Notes: generated by a model from the letters alone, not told the origin. A DNA stretch of 64,000 nucleotides from Candidatus Poribacteria bacterium (GCA_965198175.1 OZ240245.1:2784001-2848000); one strand, 5' to 3'. Shown: positions 9,294 through 20,371, counted from the stretch's first letter. A program made the numbers and translations.

Positions 9294-10787
9294 GTGGATA
9301 TGAAATTTTCGGAGCCCCTATCTCCTAAATTTTCCAAGATGGGATTGACGTTTGATGATGTCTCATTAATCCCTGGCGAATCTAACGTACTCCCCAATGA
9401 AATTGACACAAGCACGCGATTGACCCGCCATATTCATCTTAACATCCCTATCTGTAGCGCCGCTATGGACACAGTAACGGAAGCGGAACTTGCGATTGCA
9501 CTTGCGCGGGAGGGAGGTATTGGGATGATTCACTTCAACTGTTCCATTGAGGAGCAGGTCAAGGAAGTGGATAAAGTCAAACGTTCAGAAAGTGGGATGA
9601 TTGATGATCCAATCACCTTAACTCCCGATAGAACAATTCGCGACGCGTTGGCAGTAGCCGCTCGCTACCGAATTGGAGGTGTCCCAATTGTGACGAAAGA
9701 AGGATACCTCCTTGGCCTCATCACGAACCGAGATCTGAAATATGAAGCAGATCTCGACCTGCCGGTGACGGCGTTGATGACATCGAGCGACCAACTCATC
9801 ACAGCATCTCAGGGGATTACACTCGAAAAAGCGAAGCAGATCCTGCATCAAATCCGGAAGGAAAAATTACCAATTGTTGATGAAAATTTTCGCCTTTGTG
9901 GGTTAATCACAATAAAAGATATAGACAAAGTTCAACAATATCCCGCAGCTTGTAAAGATGAATCGGGGAAATTGAGAGTTGGGGCAGCTATTAGTCCATT
10001 GTGGGATTTAGATAAAGTGGAAATGCTGGTTGATGCTGGTGCGGATGTGCTGGATATTGACACAGCACACGGTCATCATCAGAATGTGATTCATTCGACC
10101 CAACGAATTAAATCGGACTTTCCCAGCGTGGAGTTGATTGCTGGCAATGTTGTGACTGCCGACGCGACTCGCCAACTGATTGATGCTGGTGCCGATGCGA
10201 TTAAAGTTGGTATGGGACCAGGATCGATTTGCACCACTCGTGTCGTCGCTGGAATCGGCGTCCCGCAAATTACGGCAGTTTACGATTGCGCACGAGAAGC
10301 TGACAAAAACGGTATCCCAGTCATCGCTGATGGCGGCATCCGATATTCAGGTGATATTGCGAAGGCAATCGGCGCAGGGGCAAGCTCGGTAATGATAGGA
10401 AGCCTTCTTGCTGGGACAGAGGAAAGTCCTGGCGAAACAGTCATCTATCAAGGACGAACGTATAAGATCCACAGAGGTATGGGGTCTTTATCTGCCATGA
10501 AAGAACGCGGCGGCAGTGAGAGATATGGCCAAAAGAATCTCAATTTGTCAAATCTGGTGCCAGAAGGAATCGAAGGTCGAGTCCCCTACAAGGGTAAGTT
10601 AGATGATTTTGTCTATCAATTGGTCGGTGGACTCCGTTTAGCAATGGGATATTGCGGTATACCCGACATCGAATCGCTCCGCAAGGAAAGCATGTTTATT
10701 CGAGTATCGGACAGTGGTTACCGTGAAAGTCATCCTCACGATATCGCGATTACGGAAGAAGCACCTAATTATAGCGTGATGTCCTGA
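9294..10787 (+). CDS. guaB: IMP dehydrogenase
   Basis: [18 protein letters not shown] pair, catalytic [25 protein letters not shown] ribosome-binding site. Confidence 0.98.
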   Translation: MDMKFSEPLSPKFSKMGLTFDDVSLIPGESNVLPNEIDTSTRLTRHIHLNIPICSAAMDTVTEAELAIALAREGGIGMIHFNCSIEEQVKEVDKVKRSESGMIDDPITLTPDRTIRDALAVAARYRIGGVPIVTKEGYLLGLITNRDLKYEADLDLPVTALMTSSDQLITASQGITLEKAKQILHQIRKEKLPIVDENFRLCGLITIKDIDKVQQYPAACKDESGKLRVGAAISPLWDLDKVEMLVDAGADVLDIDTAHGHHQNVIHSTQRIKSDFPSVELIAGNVVTADATRQLIDAGADAIKVGMGPGSICTTRVVAGIGVPQITAVYDCAREADKNGIPVIADGGIRYSGDIAKAIGAGASSVMIGSLLAGTEESPGETVIYQGRTYKIHRGMGSLSAMKERGGSERYGQKNLNLSNLVPEGIEGRVPYKGKLDDFVYQLVGGLRLAMGYCGIPDIESLRKESMFIRVSDSGYRESHPHDIAITEEAPNYSVMS

Positions 10788-10942
10788 AGACATTATGATC
10801 GTGACAGCTTGAATTTGGAAGTCAATGGGTATAACAAAACTCTTGCTTCCTTTTGGCTATAGGTGAACTGGAGGCATGGGACGATTGTGTCGTTAAACTC
10901 AGTATTAAATTTTTTTCGATTAGTGCGCGAGAATCCAGATTC

Positions 10943-11270
10943 ATGACTATAATAGATTTTATCGCATAACTGTTCTACCGTGTTGATGATTAGCTCACAC
11001 GCACGTGAAAATCCACAAGCAGAACCAAGCTAAGCCTGGTGTATCTGATAGCGTTACCTCGCCTTGCCCCGCGTTGGCAAACGAGCCTTCTATCGCTGGA
11101 TGTTAGACAACTACCAACCGATGTTCCCAATTGTACCCGGATGCCCCCGCTTGTTCCACTTACCCGAACCGCCACGAATACCTGACTGAAGTTTGATGTT
11201 GAACGCTCAAATTTACATCACAGTTACGGATTGGGTAATCCCCTGAAAACTCATCTGACCCCGGTCAGAG
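10943..11270 (+). pseudogene. Heavily decayed DDE transposase remnant (IS982-like, family tentative)
   Basis: Fragments in shifting frames: MTIIDFIA*LFYRVDD*LT, VGKRAFYRWMLDNYQPMFPIVPGCPRLFHL and HSYGLG...PVR resemble the MTTxDFIxxLFxRVDD / RAFYRWL / DSYGIELIHP pattern of a transposase family. Confidence 0.6.
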
Positions 11271-11603
11271 ACACAACATACTTACTTGAAGCGGAAACAT
11301 TGATAATCGAATATACTAGTAAGCATGTAATTGGAGATAAAGCTTCGTCTCGAACCTACCCGAAGGAGGTACGACTCGGCCGATTTTATCTTGGCTATCG
11401 AAGCAATTGAGCGATGGAGAATGGCCTCGCAGCCATCGTGTCGAACTAAGAAAATATGACCAATGTCTATACTAAGAGCCTATTTGAAAAGCTCGGCTCC
11501 GTTTTCGATTGAGGCTAGTTGGGGGTAAATGCCTTGAAAACCGATGATTCTGACTCCCAAATGACCACCAATGGCTTTGCCAACTATTTTTTAACAGGAT
11601 CGA

Positions 11604-11754
11604 AAGAGGAGGTATCTGATTGAGTGTCTCATTAAGAAGATGGAATGGTAGCGTCGTATCTATTCTTAGTCTCGCAAGTTAGGAATCTGTGATTTTCAGT
11701 TCCCAGCTTTGTCTCCACACTGTCTAACTCTGTTGAAATGTCAACAGAACCTAG
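11604..11754 (+). mobile_element. Degenerate 3' end of an IS5-family element
   Basis: YLIECLIKKMEW*RRIYS* followed by the same GTTGAAATGTCAACAGAACCTAG end seen at 111-133. Confidence 0.8.
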
Positions 11755-11899
11755 CATGTTTTGCGTCTAAATCATGAATGACATTCTACATATTAACGCA
11801 ACAACTATCCACCTCGTCAACAGTTCTCAAATAGTATGTTACTGAGAATCATATACCAAATTACCAGCACCAAAGATTATAATAGCGTAGGATAATACT

Positions 11900-14779
11900 G
11901 TGGAGGACAAATATCAACATACGGTACAAATGAAAGGATTATCGTTAAACTTTAGTTCGGCTTCCCTTCTTAATTTAACTGACAAAATAAAATCTAGCGT
12001 TGAGGGACGAATGGATTGGGGGGATACCTTTGGAATAGGGCTTAGCGCAAAAAACAATAAATATCTGTTGGTCTGGACCCCAAAAAAATCTTCAGAAGGT
12101 AAAATCCTTCCAGGATTTGATTCAGAGGATGGGAAACTCACACTTAAAATGAAGCCTCGTCCGGGAGCGTGGGTTTCCTGGATTGATGAAGCAAAAGTGG
12201 CTATGGAGGCGGTCGATGATTACGACCGCGTTCGGAAAAGTGTACAGGAGCTTGAGCGGAATACACGACAAATGATTGATTTTGCTGATGGTGTGCTCAA
12301 AGACATTACCGTTTTGCATCTCGGTAAGCCGCTCACATTATCTGAATTAGCCCTTGAGATTTTAGAAGTCGAGTTGACAATACCGACGACCATAAAAATC
12401 GGAGGTTATATTCTATCGCAATCACAGTTGCCAGTTCCCGCCGCTGCCAATGTGATTGTTCCGGAGCAAACGAACATCCATCGGATTCATATGAATGAAG
12501 ATGCGTTGTTCGAGGCGATTGGGACAGACGGGTATGACCAGGTTCTAGTTGTTTACCGTACACATATTAAGCACTATCCGGACCTTCTTGATATTAACTA
12601 CTGTTTAGCGCTTAGTGGTTATTTCGATGGAGAATTGTCCTCCGAAGATATTGTATCAAATATTCCCTGTTCTAGCTTGAAGCAAGGTGCAAGAGAAATA
12701 GAAATTTTTCCCACGGCCGCTATCTACGATCCTTTGCATACTGATACAGTTCAATTTGTTGCGATGACCTTCAATGCTCCTACTGAACAGATTCGAGAAG
12801 CGATTACACATTGTTCATCGGAGATTGATTGTTATGTGTCGAAAGCTAATCAGCGGGCATCCGAAATCATGGCGAATTTTCAGGGACGAATTGATAGTCG
12901 AATTCAAGCACTAAGCCTTCAGTCAAGTCAGCGAATCTACGAAAAAATTTGGGATGAAATTGCCAGCCACGAATTGCAGAACCGTATGGTTGAGTTGATG
13001 GATTTTTTCGGTGAATATTTTAGCGAAAACTTTGATTCAAATGTGGCTACTTCCCAAAAAGATCGCCTCAAAGGTAGCATTGATTCAATGGTTCAAGATT
13101 GGCAACTTCAGGATTTGCGTCAAACAACACTCAAGCAGCTTATTCTTGCTAGTTACAAGTTGGCAAATCAAGTCCTCGACCGCGCGACAGCGATGTTCTA
13201 TGATCTTGTATTTGAAAAACACTTCATCCAAACTGGACAGATTAAGCCCATCGAACTACAGGTGCTAGAAGATGGTAAAGTCCTTAATCAAGTTCACTTG
13301 CCCGAGTGGACGAAAAAAACAGTGCGAGATCGCTTGCATCTTTTCGGCCTGAAACCATCCATCCATCCCAAACAGATTGAAAGACTTCGAGGTTTATGGT
13401 TGGAATTTCTGGAGATTGCCAACCTTGCTAGTCGAAACAAACAACAGTTTGATATCATCCTAGAACCTTTGGTCGACATCCTGCTCTCCACCAAATCCTC
13501 CGCCAAGACTTCGGCAGATCGTAGAAGGTCGAGAACGGTTCCCATCCGGAAAAAGACGGACTTTGATGGTTTTGAGATTTCGGACGATGAACTAGCACGT
13601 GTACTTAGTCGTCTCAAGAGTAACTTCCATTTAATTGAACGCTGGATTCTGAACCTGCCCGAACCGCATTACAAAAATCAGCAACACCATGCAACATTGT
13701 GGATGATATTGACTGATGGCATTGTTCGAGAAAGGATCTATAAAAATTTTCCGCCAATCTGCGAGATTAATTTGAGTCCTCCGATAGCGGCGAAGAGATT
13801 GTTCGATCTCGTTCTTGACGGACAAGTTGTCGTATGTGATGAAAGAGATTTGAAAACTTTAAAACGCAATTTAGATCGAACACTATCCGAAAGAACAGGT
13901 CACGGATTACAAGAGATTTCAACGCCTTCCATGCTTAAAATCCATAGTGACACTTTGCTCTGCTTGCTATACGAAAAACTCGAAGCGTATCAAGAACAAT
14001 TAGAAAAACGGTTAACCCAAATGACAAGCACAAAATCCCAGAGCAAAGTCGCTAAGGCGAAAAAGGGACGAAAGAAGCAACTATCTACATCCGCCGCTGA
14101 CTTAGTAGAAACAATCGAATCAGAAAAGTCTAAAATTACCGAAATCTTAACATTTCTGACCCCTTATACAGACGCGCCGTCAGCGTTGCTTCAAACAGTA
14201 ATCAACCCCAAATCGCAGCAACTGAACCAAATTCGGCAACACCATGTGCTGAATTTCGATTTGCAAGCGTTGCCACCCATCGCGGAAACCTGGTTAGAAA
14301 ACGTAAAGTCACTAGAGGATTATACAAACCTACGCGCATTTCTACTTGAAAACCAACTCCCCATTTCGACAGCTGGACGGTTGTTGATGAATTATAGGAA
14401 GAATTTTGAAAGTTCCTCGGCCGCCCAGCCCGTTTCTGCAGATGTTTTTGATGTCGCATTGAATCTCATCCAAGAACTGAAATCTCTCCAAGAAGCAGGA
14501 TACACCGGAGAAACACTCGGCCGATTCAAAAATTACATCGCTGAGAAGTTATGGAGATGGGAGTTGACTCAAATTACAGAAGAAAAATTGGCTACGTTAA
14601 TCAAGGAGAAAGTATTGGTTTCAGTTGTCTGTTATGAGAAAGATGTTGAAGCCTTGTTGGAACATGCTGAGCGATACGATCAACTAGTAGAAGCGAAGTT
14701 TAGTGACAGATTTGAAATGAATGAACAAGCGAAAATGCTAGAAGAGAAATTTCACGCACTCGCTGAAACGATTTTGTAA
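11900..14779 (+). CDS. Large hypothetical protein (959 aa), largely helical
   Basis: Long uninterrupted ORF with AGGA before GTG; no family motif recognised. Confidence 0.85.
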   Translation: MEDKYQHTVQMKGLSLNFSSASLLNLTDKIKSSVEGRMDWGDTFGIGLSAKNNKYLLVWTPKKSSEGKILPGFDSEDGKLTLKMKPRPGAWVSWIDEAKVAMEAVDDYDRVRKSVQELERNTRQMIDFADGVLKDITVLHLGKPLTLSELALEILEVELTIPTTIKIGGYILSQSQLPVPAAANVIVPEQTNIHRIHMNEDALFEAIGTDGYDQVLVVYRTHIKHYPDLLDINYCLALSGYFDGELSSEDIVSNIPCSSLKQGAREIEIFPTAAIYDPLHTDTVQFVAMTFNAPTEQIREAITHCSSEIDCYVSKANQRASEIMANFQGRIDSRIQALSLQSSQRIYEKIWDEIASHELQNRMVELMDFFGEYFSENFDSNVATSQKDRLKGSIDSMVQDWQLQDLRQTTLKQLILASYKLANQVLDRATAMFYDLVFEKHFIQTGQIKPIELQVLEDGKVLNQVHLPEWTKKTVRDRLHLFGLKPSIHPKQIERLRGLWLEFLEIANLASRNKQQFDIILEPLVDILLSTKSSAKTSADRRRSRTVPIRKKTDFDGFEISDDELARVLSRLKSNFHLIERWILNLPEPHYKNQQHHATLWMILTDGIVRERIYKNFPPICEINLSPPIAAKRLFDLVLDGQVVVCDERDLKTLKRNLDRTLSERTGHGLQEISTPSMLKIHSDTLLCLLYEKLEAYQEQLEKRLTQMTSTKSQSKVAKAKKGRKKQLSTSAADLVETIESEKSKITEILTFLTPYTDAPSALLQTVINPKSQQLNQIRQHHVLNFDLQALPPIAETWLENVKSLEDYTNLRAFLLENQLPISTAGRLLMNYRKNFESSSAAQPVSADVFDVALNLIQELKSLQEAGYTGETLGRFKNYIAEKLWRWELTQITEEKLATLIKEKVLVSVVCYEKDVEALLEHAERYDQLVEAKFSDRFEMNEQAKMLEEKFHALAETIL

Positions 14780-14792
14780 ATCAATCAATAAG

Positions 14793-15680
14793 ATGAAGGT
14801 TAGCATCATCGGTCAGGGCGATATTGTACTTCCTGTTGCCTCGGCAATCTGCCAACCAGGCCTTGTTACTGAGGTTATGCTGGTGGATAATAATAGAAGA
14901 GTTTCTAGTGGAGTTCTCCAGGACTTGCGGGCGGCCATTGCCAGTGTTGGATCTGACACTAAAGTGCTTTCCGCTAATAACCTTGCAGCACTAGTAGAAT
15001 CCGAAATAATCATTCTACTACCATCATTGTCTCGATTCAGTTGGACGCAGGCTCAACGAAGTGCAAATGCTGCCCTTGTTCGCCAATTTGCCCTGGGCAT
15101 CAAGCGGCACGCGCCTGCCGCGAAAATCGTGGTTGCAATACCACCAGCGGCCACTCTGGCTTTCGTCATTTATCGTGAACTTGGTGCAGTGCCGAGACAA
15201 GTGATCGGACTTTGTGGAAACATAGCAGATGCTAATCTGAAAGTTCAGATTGCAGATAGACTTGGCGTCTCAGTTCGGGATGTTACAACACTAGTGATTG
15301 GAAACGATGAAACTGTTTTCCCGCTCTTTCAATATTGTTGTGTGAACGGTATACCTGTCAATCAACTCCTCAACACAGGACAGATTCGTGAGCTTATGGA
15401 GGTTGCAAATGATAAGCGTAATCAAGCACTCGTAAATCATCCATATAACCTATCTGTCTCGCTTTCACAAATAGTTACGGCGATTGCAGTTGATAAGAAA
15501 AGGATTATGAACGTTAGCTCGCTGATTAAAGTAGGGGCATTAGAGGTTTATCTCAATGTTCCGACAAAAATTGGAAGGAATGGAGCCGATGAGATTGTTC
15601 AATTAAACCTGACAAATTCCCAACGTGAACAGTTCACTAAATTGGTTGCTAGAAGCATAACTGAACAACAACGCTTTTAG
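14793..15680 (+). CDS. Malate/lactate dehydrogenase-fold protein lacking catalytic residues
   Basis: Colinear with LDH-like MDH (MKVSIIG, VMLVD, RLGVSVRDVTTLVIG, YLNVPTKIGRNG), but the GxGxxG, NP, LDxAR and GxHG motifs are altered. Confidence 0.85.
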   Translation: MKVSIIGQGDIVLPVASAICQPGLVTEVMLVDNNRRVSSGVLQDLRAAIASVGSDTKVLSANNLAALVESEIIILLPSLSRFSWTQAQRSANAALVRQFALGIKRHAPAAKIVVAIPPAATLAFVIYRELGAVPRQVIGLCGNIADANLKVQIADRLGVSVRDVTTLVIGNDETVFPLFQYCCVNGIPVNQLLNTGQIRELMEVANDKRNQALVNHPYNLSVSLSQIVTAIAVDKKRIMNVSSLIKVGALEVYLNVPTKIGRNGADEIVQLNLTNSQREQFTKLVARSITEQQRF

Positions 15681-15804
15681 CGAAAACTAGTTTAACTACG
15701 CTAGAGCGAAAAAGATGTTGAGATTGAAGTTCGGGATGGTATCACATTACGCAAGATATTTTATGGTCGAATTCATTGAATTTTCCACATGGAACGGATG
15801 ATTA

Positions 15805-16920
15805 ATGAGAGAAATACATCGAAAAATTCCTGAATTGATTGAAGCTGATGAAATTAGCGCTTACTGTACAGTTGTTGAATCGAAAGGGTCTACGCCACAA
15901 AAACCCGGCTCCAAGTTGTTAATTTTGCCAGATTTACAGAATATTGGAACGCTAGGCGGTGGGTGTGTAGAAGCAGAGGCGCGGCGGCAAGCCATTGGCT
16001 TAATGCAAGGTGGAATCCCGCGTCTGCTTGAATTCCGACTGGATAGTGACTATGGTTGGGACGATGGACTCATTTGCGGAGGAAACATGAGAATTTTCAT
16101 TGATTTGCCCAAGAGCAAAGATGAGGCGTTCATGTTCACCTGTTTGGAAGAATTGATTGACCAGAAAGTTCCGCATGTTTTCGCTACGGTTGTAAAAAGC
16201 GAGATTAACGAGATCAAAGTCGGCATGAAAATGATCGCCGCAGCAAATGGCAATCGCATTGGATTACTGGGAAACACCGATTTAGAAGCATCCATCCAAA
16301 GTGAATCGACGGAAGTCCTAGTGCAAAACTCGCCACGTGTTTTTCGCTGGAAAGCGGGCAATGTCTGGGTTTTCATGGATCCAGTGCAACCCCGTCCAAC
16401 GTTGCTCATCGCTGGAGCTGGGCACGTTGGGCAAGCGCTTTGCCATCTCGGGGAGTGGCTCGATTTTGATATTGTAATCGTTGATGATCGTCCTGATTTC
16501 GCTTCAAAAGAACGATTGCCCGAAGCCGACCAGATTGTCATCGGCGACATCGCGGAAGAGTTGCGGAAATTCCCTATTGATCACATGACCTACGTTGTTA
16601 TTGTAACTCGTGGGCATCGGCACGACGAAGAGGCGCTCTATAGTGTCGTGGAGTCTCATGCATGTTATGTTGGTTTAATTGGTAGCCGCAGAAAGATAAA
16701 GCTCATTTTCGATGATTTGCTTGACCTTGGCGTCTCCGAAGAAACGTTGTCTCAAGTTTACGCACCGATTGGATTGGATATTGATTCCAAGACTGTGCCC
16801 GAGATCGCTGTGAGCATTGCTGCTCAACTGATTCAAGTCCGGAATAGTACCAAAAAAGATGTTCGATTCGATGCACAACCTGCGCGTATGCCCACCGTTA
16901 AAGTAAACGATAGCACCTAA
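15805..16920 (+). CDS. xdhC: XdhC/CoxI family molybdoenzyme accessory protein
   Basis: GSTPQKPGSK, GTLGGGCVE, GLICGG, GAGHVG, VTRGHRHD, YVGLIGSRRK, APIGLDI. Confidence 0.95.
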   Translation: MREIHRKIPELIEADEISAYCTVVESKGSTPQKPGSKLLILPDLQNIGTLGGGCVEAEARRQAIGLMQGGIPRLLEFRLDSDYGWDDGLICGGNMRIFIDLPKSKDEAFMFTCLEELIDQKVPHVFATVVKSEINEIKVGMKMIAAANGNRIGLLGNTDLEASIQSESTEVLVQNSPRVFRWKAGNVWVFMDPVQPRPTLLIAGAGHVGQALCHLGEWLDFDIVIVDDRPDFASKERLPEADQIVIGDIAEELRKFPIDHMTYVVIVTRGHRHDEEALYSVVESHACYVGLIGSRRKIKLIFDDLLDLGVSEETLSQVYAPIGLDIDSKTVPEIAVSIAAQLIQVRNSTKKDVRFDAQPARMPTVKVNDST

Positions 16921-17018
16921 AATTATACCCTATAAGTGAGGCATTGTTGCTAGTTTTTATTCTGAACATTTATATCGAACTTTCAACAGGAACTTACCGG
17001 CGTTTCCACACCAGAACA

Positions 17019-17381
17019 ATGCTGACAATTCAGTTAGATTCCGATAAAACCCATACAGCGCAGGAAATAATCGAAATTGTTGTGCTATCCCTGGATTTTG
17101 TTGGGGAGCGATCTACTCAAAATTATCTTCAGTATTCTTCGTCGGATGTTTACTGGGTTTTGAGGAATCTACTCGACTATAAAAATAGGCGAATGGAGGG
17201 CGAATTTGTTTTGAAACGTCTTAAAAAGGGGGCTTGGGGAATCGAATATATTGCTCGGGATATTGCGAAGCGTAAAGCGGAAGAAAAACAAAAAAAGAAC
17301 TCCGCAGAACAGCCGACTACATCCAGCAGACAACCAATCATCGTCCAGCTTGGGGGTAACAGTCCGCCAAGTCGTTGTTGA
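17019..17381 (+). CDS. Hypothetical protein, possibly a fragment
   Basis: 120-aa ORF from ATG at the island edge; no motif recognised. Confidence 0.45.
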   Translation: MLTIQLDSDKTHTAQEIIEIVVLSLDFVGERSTQNYLQYSSSDVYWVLRNLLDYKNRRMEGEFVLKRLKKGAWGIEYIARDIAKRKAEEKQKKNSAEQPTTSSRQPIIVQLGGNSPPSRC

Positions 17382-17821
17382 ATTCCATCCTTGACCGTTT
17401 CGGGGCGTATATAGAATTAAGTTGACTCGTCAGAGAAGAACGATTGATCGACAAAACCGAAGTAATGTGCTGCCCGTCTTACAACGAATCCGTCCAACAC
17501 TTGGGATATTGTAAGCCTTGAATGTATTCCTTTTCCTGTGAAAACATACGCCCACCGTCAACTGAAGCGCCTCCCTCTCAACTGACACTGCCGAAGTCTT
17601 GATTCGTGAAAGTCGGAAGGAAGAGGTTGACCGCATCTTGAGGAACATGCCGAGACGCCACACCTACAGCAAGGAAGTGAGGGATACCGTTACCCCACCC
17701 CGGCAAAAATGCCGCCGCTTTCGCTTATGCCCCAACCGGGGAAATTGCCGTTTGAATCCCCCGACTAGGAAATAAGTGATAGGCAGACTTCAAAAACTCG
17801 CCGCTCTCGCTCATACTAAAC

Positions 17822-18367
17822 TCAGAGGATCAGCTTAATTTTTTCGCAGAGTCTCTCAAGGTCTGAATCCCTACCTCTATAACTAAAACCACGACTGAAA
17901 TGCTTCTCGCGAATGATTCTTTCGTCAGGGAGAGTGATAACCCGTTGAGATTGGAAGTCACTCACCAATGTCTTCGCTGGGACGCCGTAGGCAACAATCG
18001 CTTTCAGTGGCATATTTTCTATTAGGAGTTTCACGACCTTTGCGTGAGATGTGTTTGTCTCGACCGCGTTGATATCGTCTGCGTGGATTAGATCGAGACA
18101 AGTTCTCGTGCGAGACTCCCCCGACTCCCCTATTTTGCGGCGGTATTCCAAATAATACGTTTCAAAGCGTTTGTAGTCGAATCCCGATTCTGGGTTCCAG
18201 AAATCCCACCAATTCGTGTCAAGTTTCGTCTTTTCGTCCTCCCCGATTATGATAACGTCATGTGAGTCCGGAAAGCCGTTTTCCTCATTTCGGCAAACAA
18301 AGGGGCGATAATTACAACACGGGTAGGAAATCACTTCCTTGAGACGTTCTGTCCAGTTAATGGGCAT
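17822..18367 (-). CDS. Hypothetical protein, uracil-DNA-glycosylase-like fold (tentative)
   Basis: The order RPFVC...VIIIG...WDFWNPESGFD...SRTR...VETN...IVAYG...KHFS resembles divergent UDG-superfamily proteins. Confidence 0.55.
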   Translation of the reverse strand: MPINWTERLKEVISYPCCNYRPFVCRNEENGFPDSHDVIIIGEDEKTKLDTNWWDFWNPESGFDYKRFETYYLEYRRKIGESGESRTRTCLDLIHADDINAVETNTSHAKVVKLLIENMPLKAIVAYGVPAKTLVSDFQSQRVITLPDERIIREKHFSRGFSYRGRDSDLERLCEKIKLIL

Positions 18368-18372
18368 GTTCG

Positions 18373-18712
18373 TTAATCCTGCTTTTCAACAATGATCTTG
18401 TACGTGTCATCAATCTTTTCACATATCACAGCGTACCCAAACAATGGCGCAACTATTTTTATCCGTTTGATAAGCTCATCAGCACTACCGTGAACATTGA
18501 CATAAATGTCTGTTTGATTGATTTGCTTAAAATCACGACCAGCGGACGATTTAGGTTCATTTGAGAAAAATGACTGGCCTATTACAGCACTTTTAAATGA
18601 GTCGTTATGAACTTTTTCTATCGTCTCGCAAAAGTTTAATAGTGCCTGGGTACAACTCGGTATAGCGTTATCTTGAAGTCCGTAAAATGTAATAGAGCCA
18701 CGGGTTTGCCAT
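18373..18712 (-). pseudogene. Frameshifted small protein resembling the SeqA-C-like domain of restriction-associated proteins; not in the ORF track
   Basis: AGGAG plus ATG at 18712; after an early frameshift it reads GSITFYG...ALLNFCETIEKVH...FFSNEPK...KQINQTDIYVNVHGSADELIKRIKIVAPLFGY...KQD*, ending just before the next gene. Confidence 0.5.
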
Positions 18713-18795
18713 AAGTATTAATCCTTCTCCTCGTATGCATGGGTGACGTGTACAACAGCTTGATTAGCGTCGCTATCTTCCTCTTTGCGTCTCTA

Positions 18796-19669
18796 TTATT
18801 TAGGCCCAAAAATTGCCCTAGCTGCACGAATCTTTGTTTGTAGATCCTCAGTATTATCTTTCTTTTGGGCGAGTTCCATCGCTTTATCTAAGTCTTTAAT
18901 GGCTTCGCTTGTAGGTTCTACGGCACATTTTGACGCGCCTCGGTAGAAATAAGCATAAGCATCATTCGGATCCCAACGTATAGCTTCGTCAAAATCCGCT
19001 ATAGCTGCCTCGAATTACATTAGATTTGCCTTGGCTTGTCCGCGAACACCATAAACCGAATTCCGAAAACCACCAGTGTTATCTGGAGGTTGTAAGCGCA
19101 CGCTGCATCACAATCTGCTATAGCTTCAGCGAATTTGCTCAATTGGAGGTTTGTACCACCACGAGCAGCATAGGCTTCTGTATAAGCTGGGTTAAGTTGG
19201 ATTGCGGTATTAAAATGGGCTATCGAGTCTTCATATTCTTGCGACAGATATTTTGCTCCGCCTTGTGCTAAGTGATATATGCTAGGGTTATCATCCCTCA
19301 ATTGCTCGTTCTTGTTGTGTAGTCGTTGCAAAAAATCTCCAAATGATTGTGGTGGTGTATATTCTTCCCCATTATCTTCATCAGAATCAAAATTAAACGA
19401 TTTGTCAAGATCGGTTAAATTGCTATATCCCCAACCTCGTAGGCGGCGGTGAAATCAGGTTTCAAACGTATCGCCTCGTCAAGATCTTTTATACCATCAC
19501 CGAATACACTACATTGGCATTTGACCAGTCCTCGAAAATAATAAGCACGCGCATCCGGTTTTAAGCGTATTGCCTTATTGAAACTATTTATAGAATCAAT
19601 GTATTCCTCGTTCTGCATCTGCTTAATTCCGCGTCTGAGATAAAACCGCGACTTAATTGTGGTTTTCAT
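18796..19669 (-). pseudogene. TPR-repeat protein pseudogene
   Basis: TPR units (AIRLKPD-AYYFRG, AIQLNPAYTEAYAARG, AIADFDEAIRWDPNDAYAYFYRG) continue across frameshifts near 19440 and 19100 and an in-frame TAA at 19015-19017. Confidence 0.85.
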
Positions 19670-19759
19670 TTTATTTATAACCTCCTATTTTACCATTGTA
19701 AACCTCTTTGTACTTGTAAAGGTTACGCCGAGGGCTCCCAACCCCGGTTTTTATTGCGC

Positions 19760-20257
19760 CTACTGCCTATAGCCGTTTTTGTCGTATGTCGAGATGACAC
19801 CCTTGCCGTCTTGATCGACAGCCATGAGCGCACGCACTTTCCCAATCGTGTTGTTTACCCGAACATACCCCTCGTTATATTCATCAACACCAACCTCCGC
19901 TGCCACTTCAGCGAGTTTATTAACGATAGCGATCGAACGTTCCCCGGTACTTAAGACTACGGTGTTTCCCTTAGGAAAGGATTGCAGGCGTACATTTGGC
20001 CCAACGCCCCCGGTTTCTATGACTACCGACTTGCCACCGTCCCCCATGACGCGGAGCCCTCCACCGCCTTCCCCTGCTCCTAACAGAATCCTTATTTTCC
20101 CATTCGCGTTCACTACACTTAAACCCGTACACTCAATCTCCCCGAACTTATCCCGTTGCGCAACAAGGCTCGGCATCAAAACACTCGACGCCATCATGCT
20201 TATCAACATCAACAGCGCACCAAAACCAATATACCCCAACTTCTGACCGAATTTCAT
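19760..20257 (-). CDS. Secreted or membrane-anchored beta-rich hypothetical protein
   Basis: AAGGAG ribosome-binding site, N-terminal hydrophobic helix, Gly-rich beta-strand repeats. Confidence 0.8.
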   Translation of the reverse strand: MKFGQKLGYIGFGALLMLISMMASSVLMPSLVAQRDKFGEIECTGLSVVNANGKIRILLGAGEGGGGLRVMGDGGKSVVIETGGVGPNVRLQSFPKGNTVVLSTGERSIAIVNKLAEVAAEVGVDEYNEGYVRVNNTIGKVRALMAVDQDGKGVISTYDKNGYRQ

Positions 20258-20371
20258 AAGGTTCTCCTTTGTTTGAAAATTTTTGTGTAGGCTAAAATTA
20301 GCCCAATATCCGAATTAGACTTGCGGTTATTACGCCTGCCACAAACATCGTGGTACAGACATTAGCTGAAC

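Noticed and set aside
3040..16935. ATACCCTATAA at 3040-3050 and 16925-16935 as att sites
   Set aside because: 11-mer repeats are expected by chance in 64 kb, the enclosed DNA includes core genes such as guaB, and no integrase is present.
17400..17820. Additional gene at the island's left edge
   Set aside because: Only short coding-like fragments without a credible start; too weak to call.
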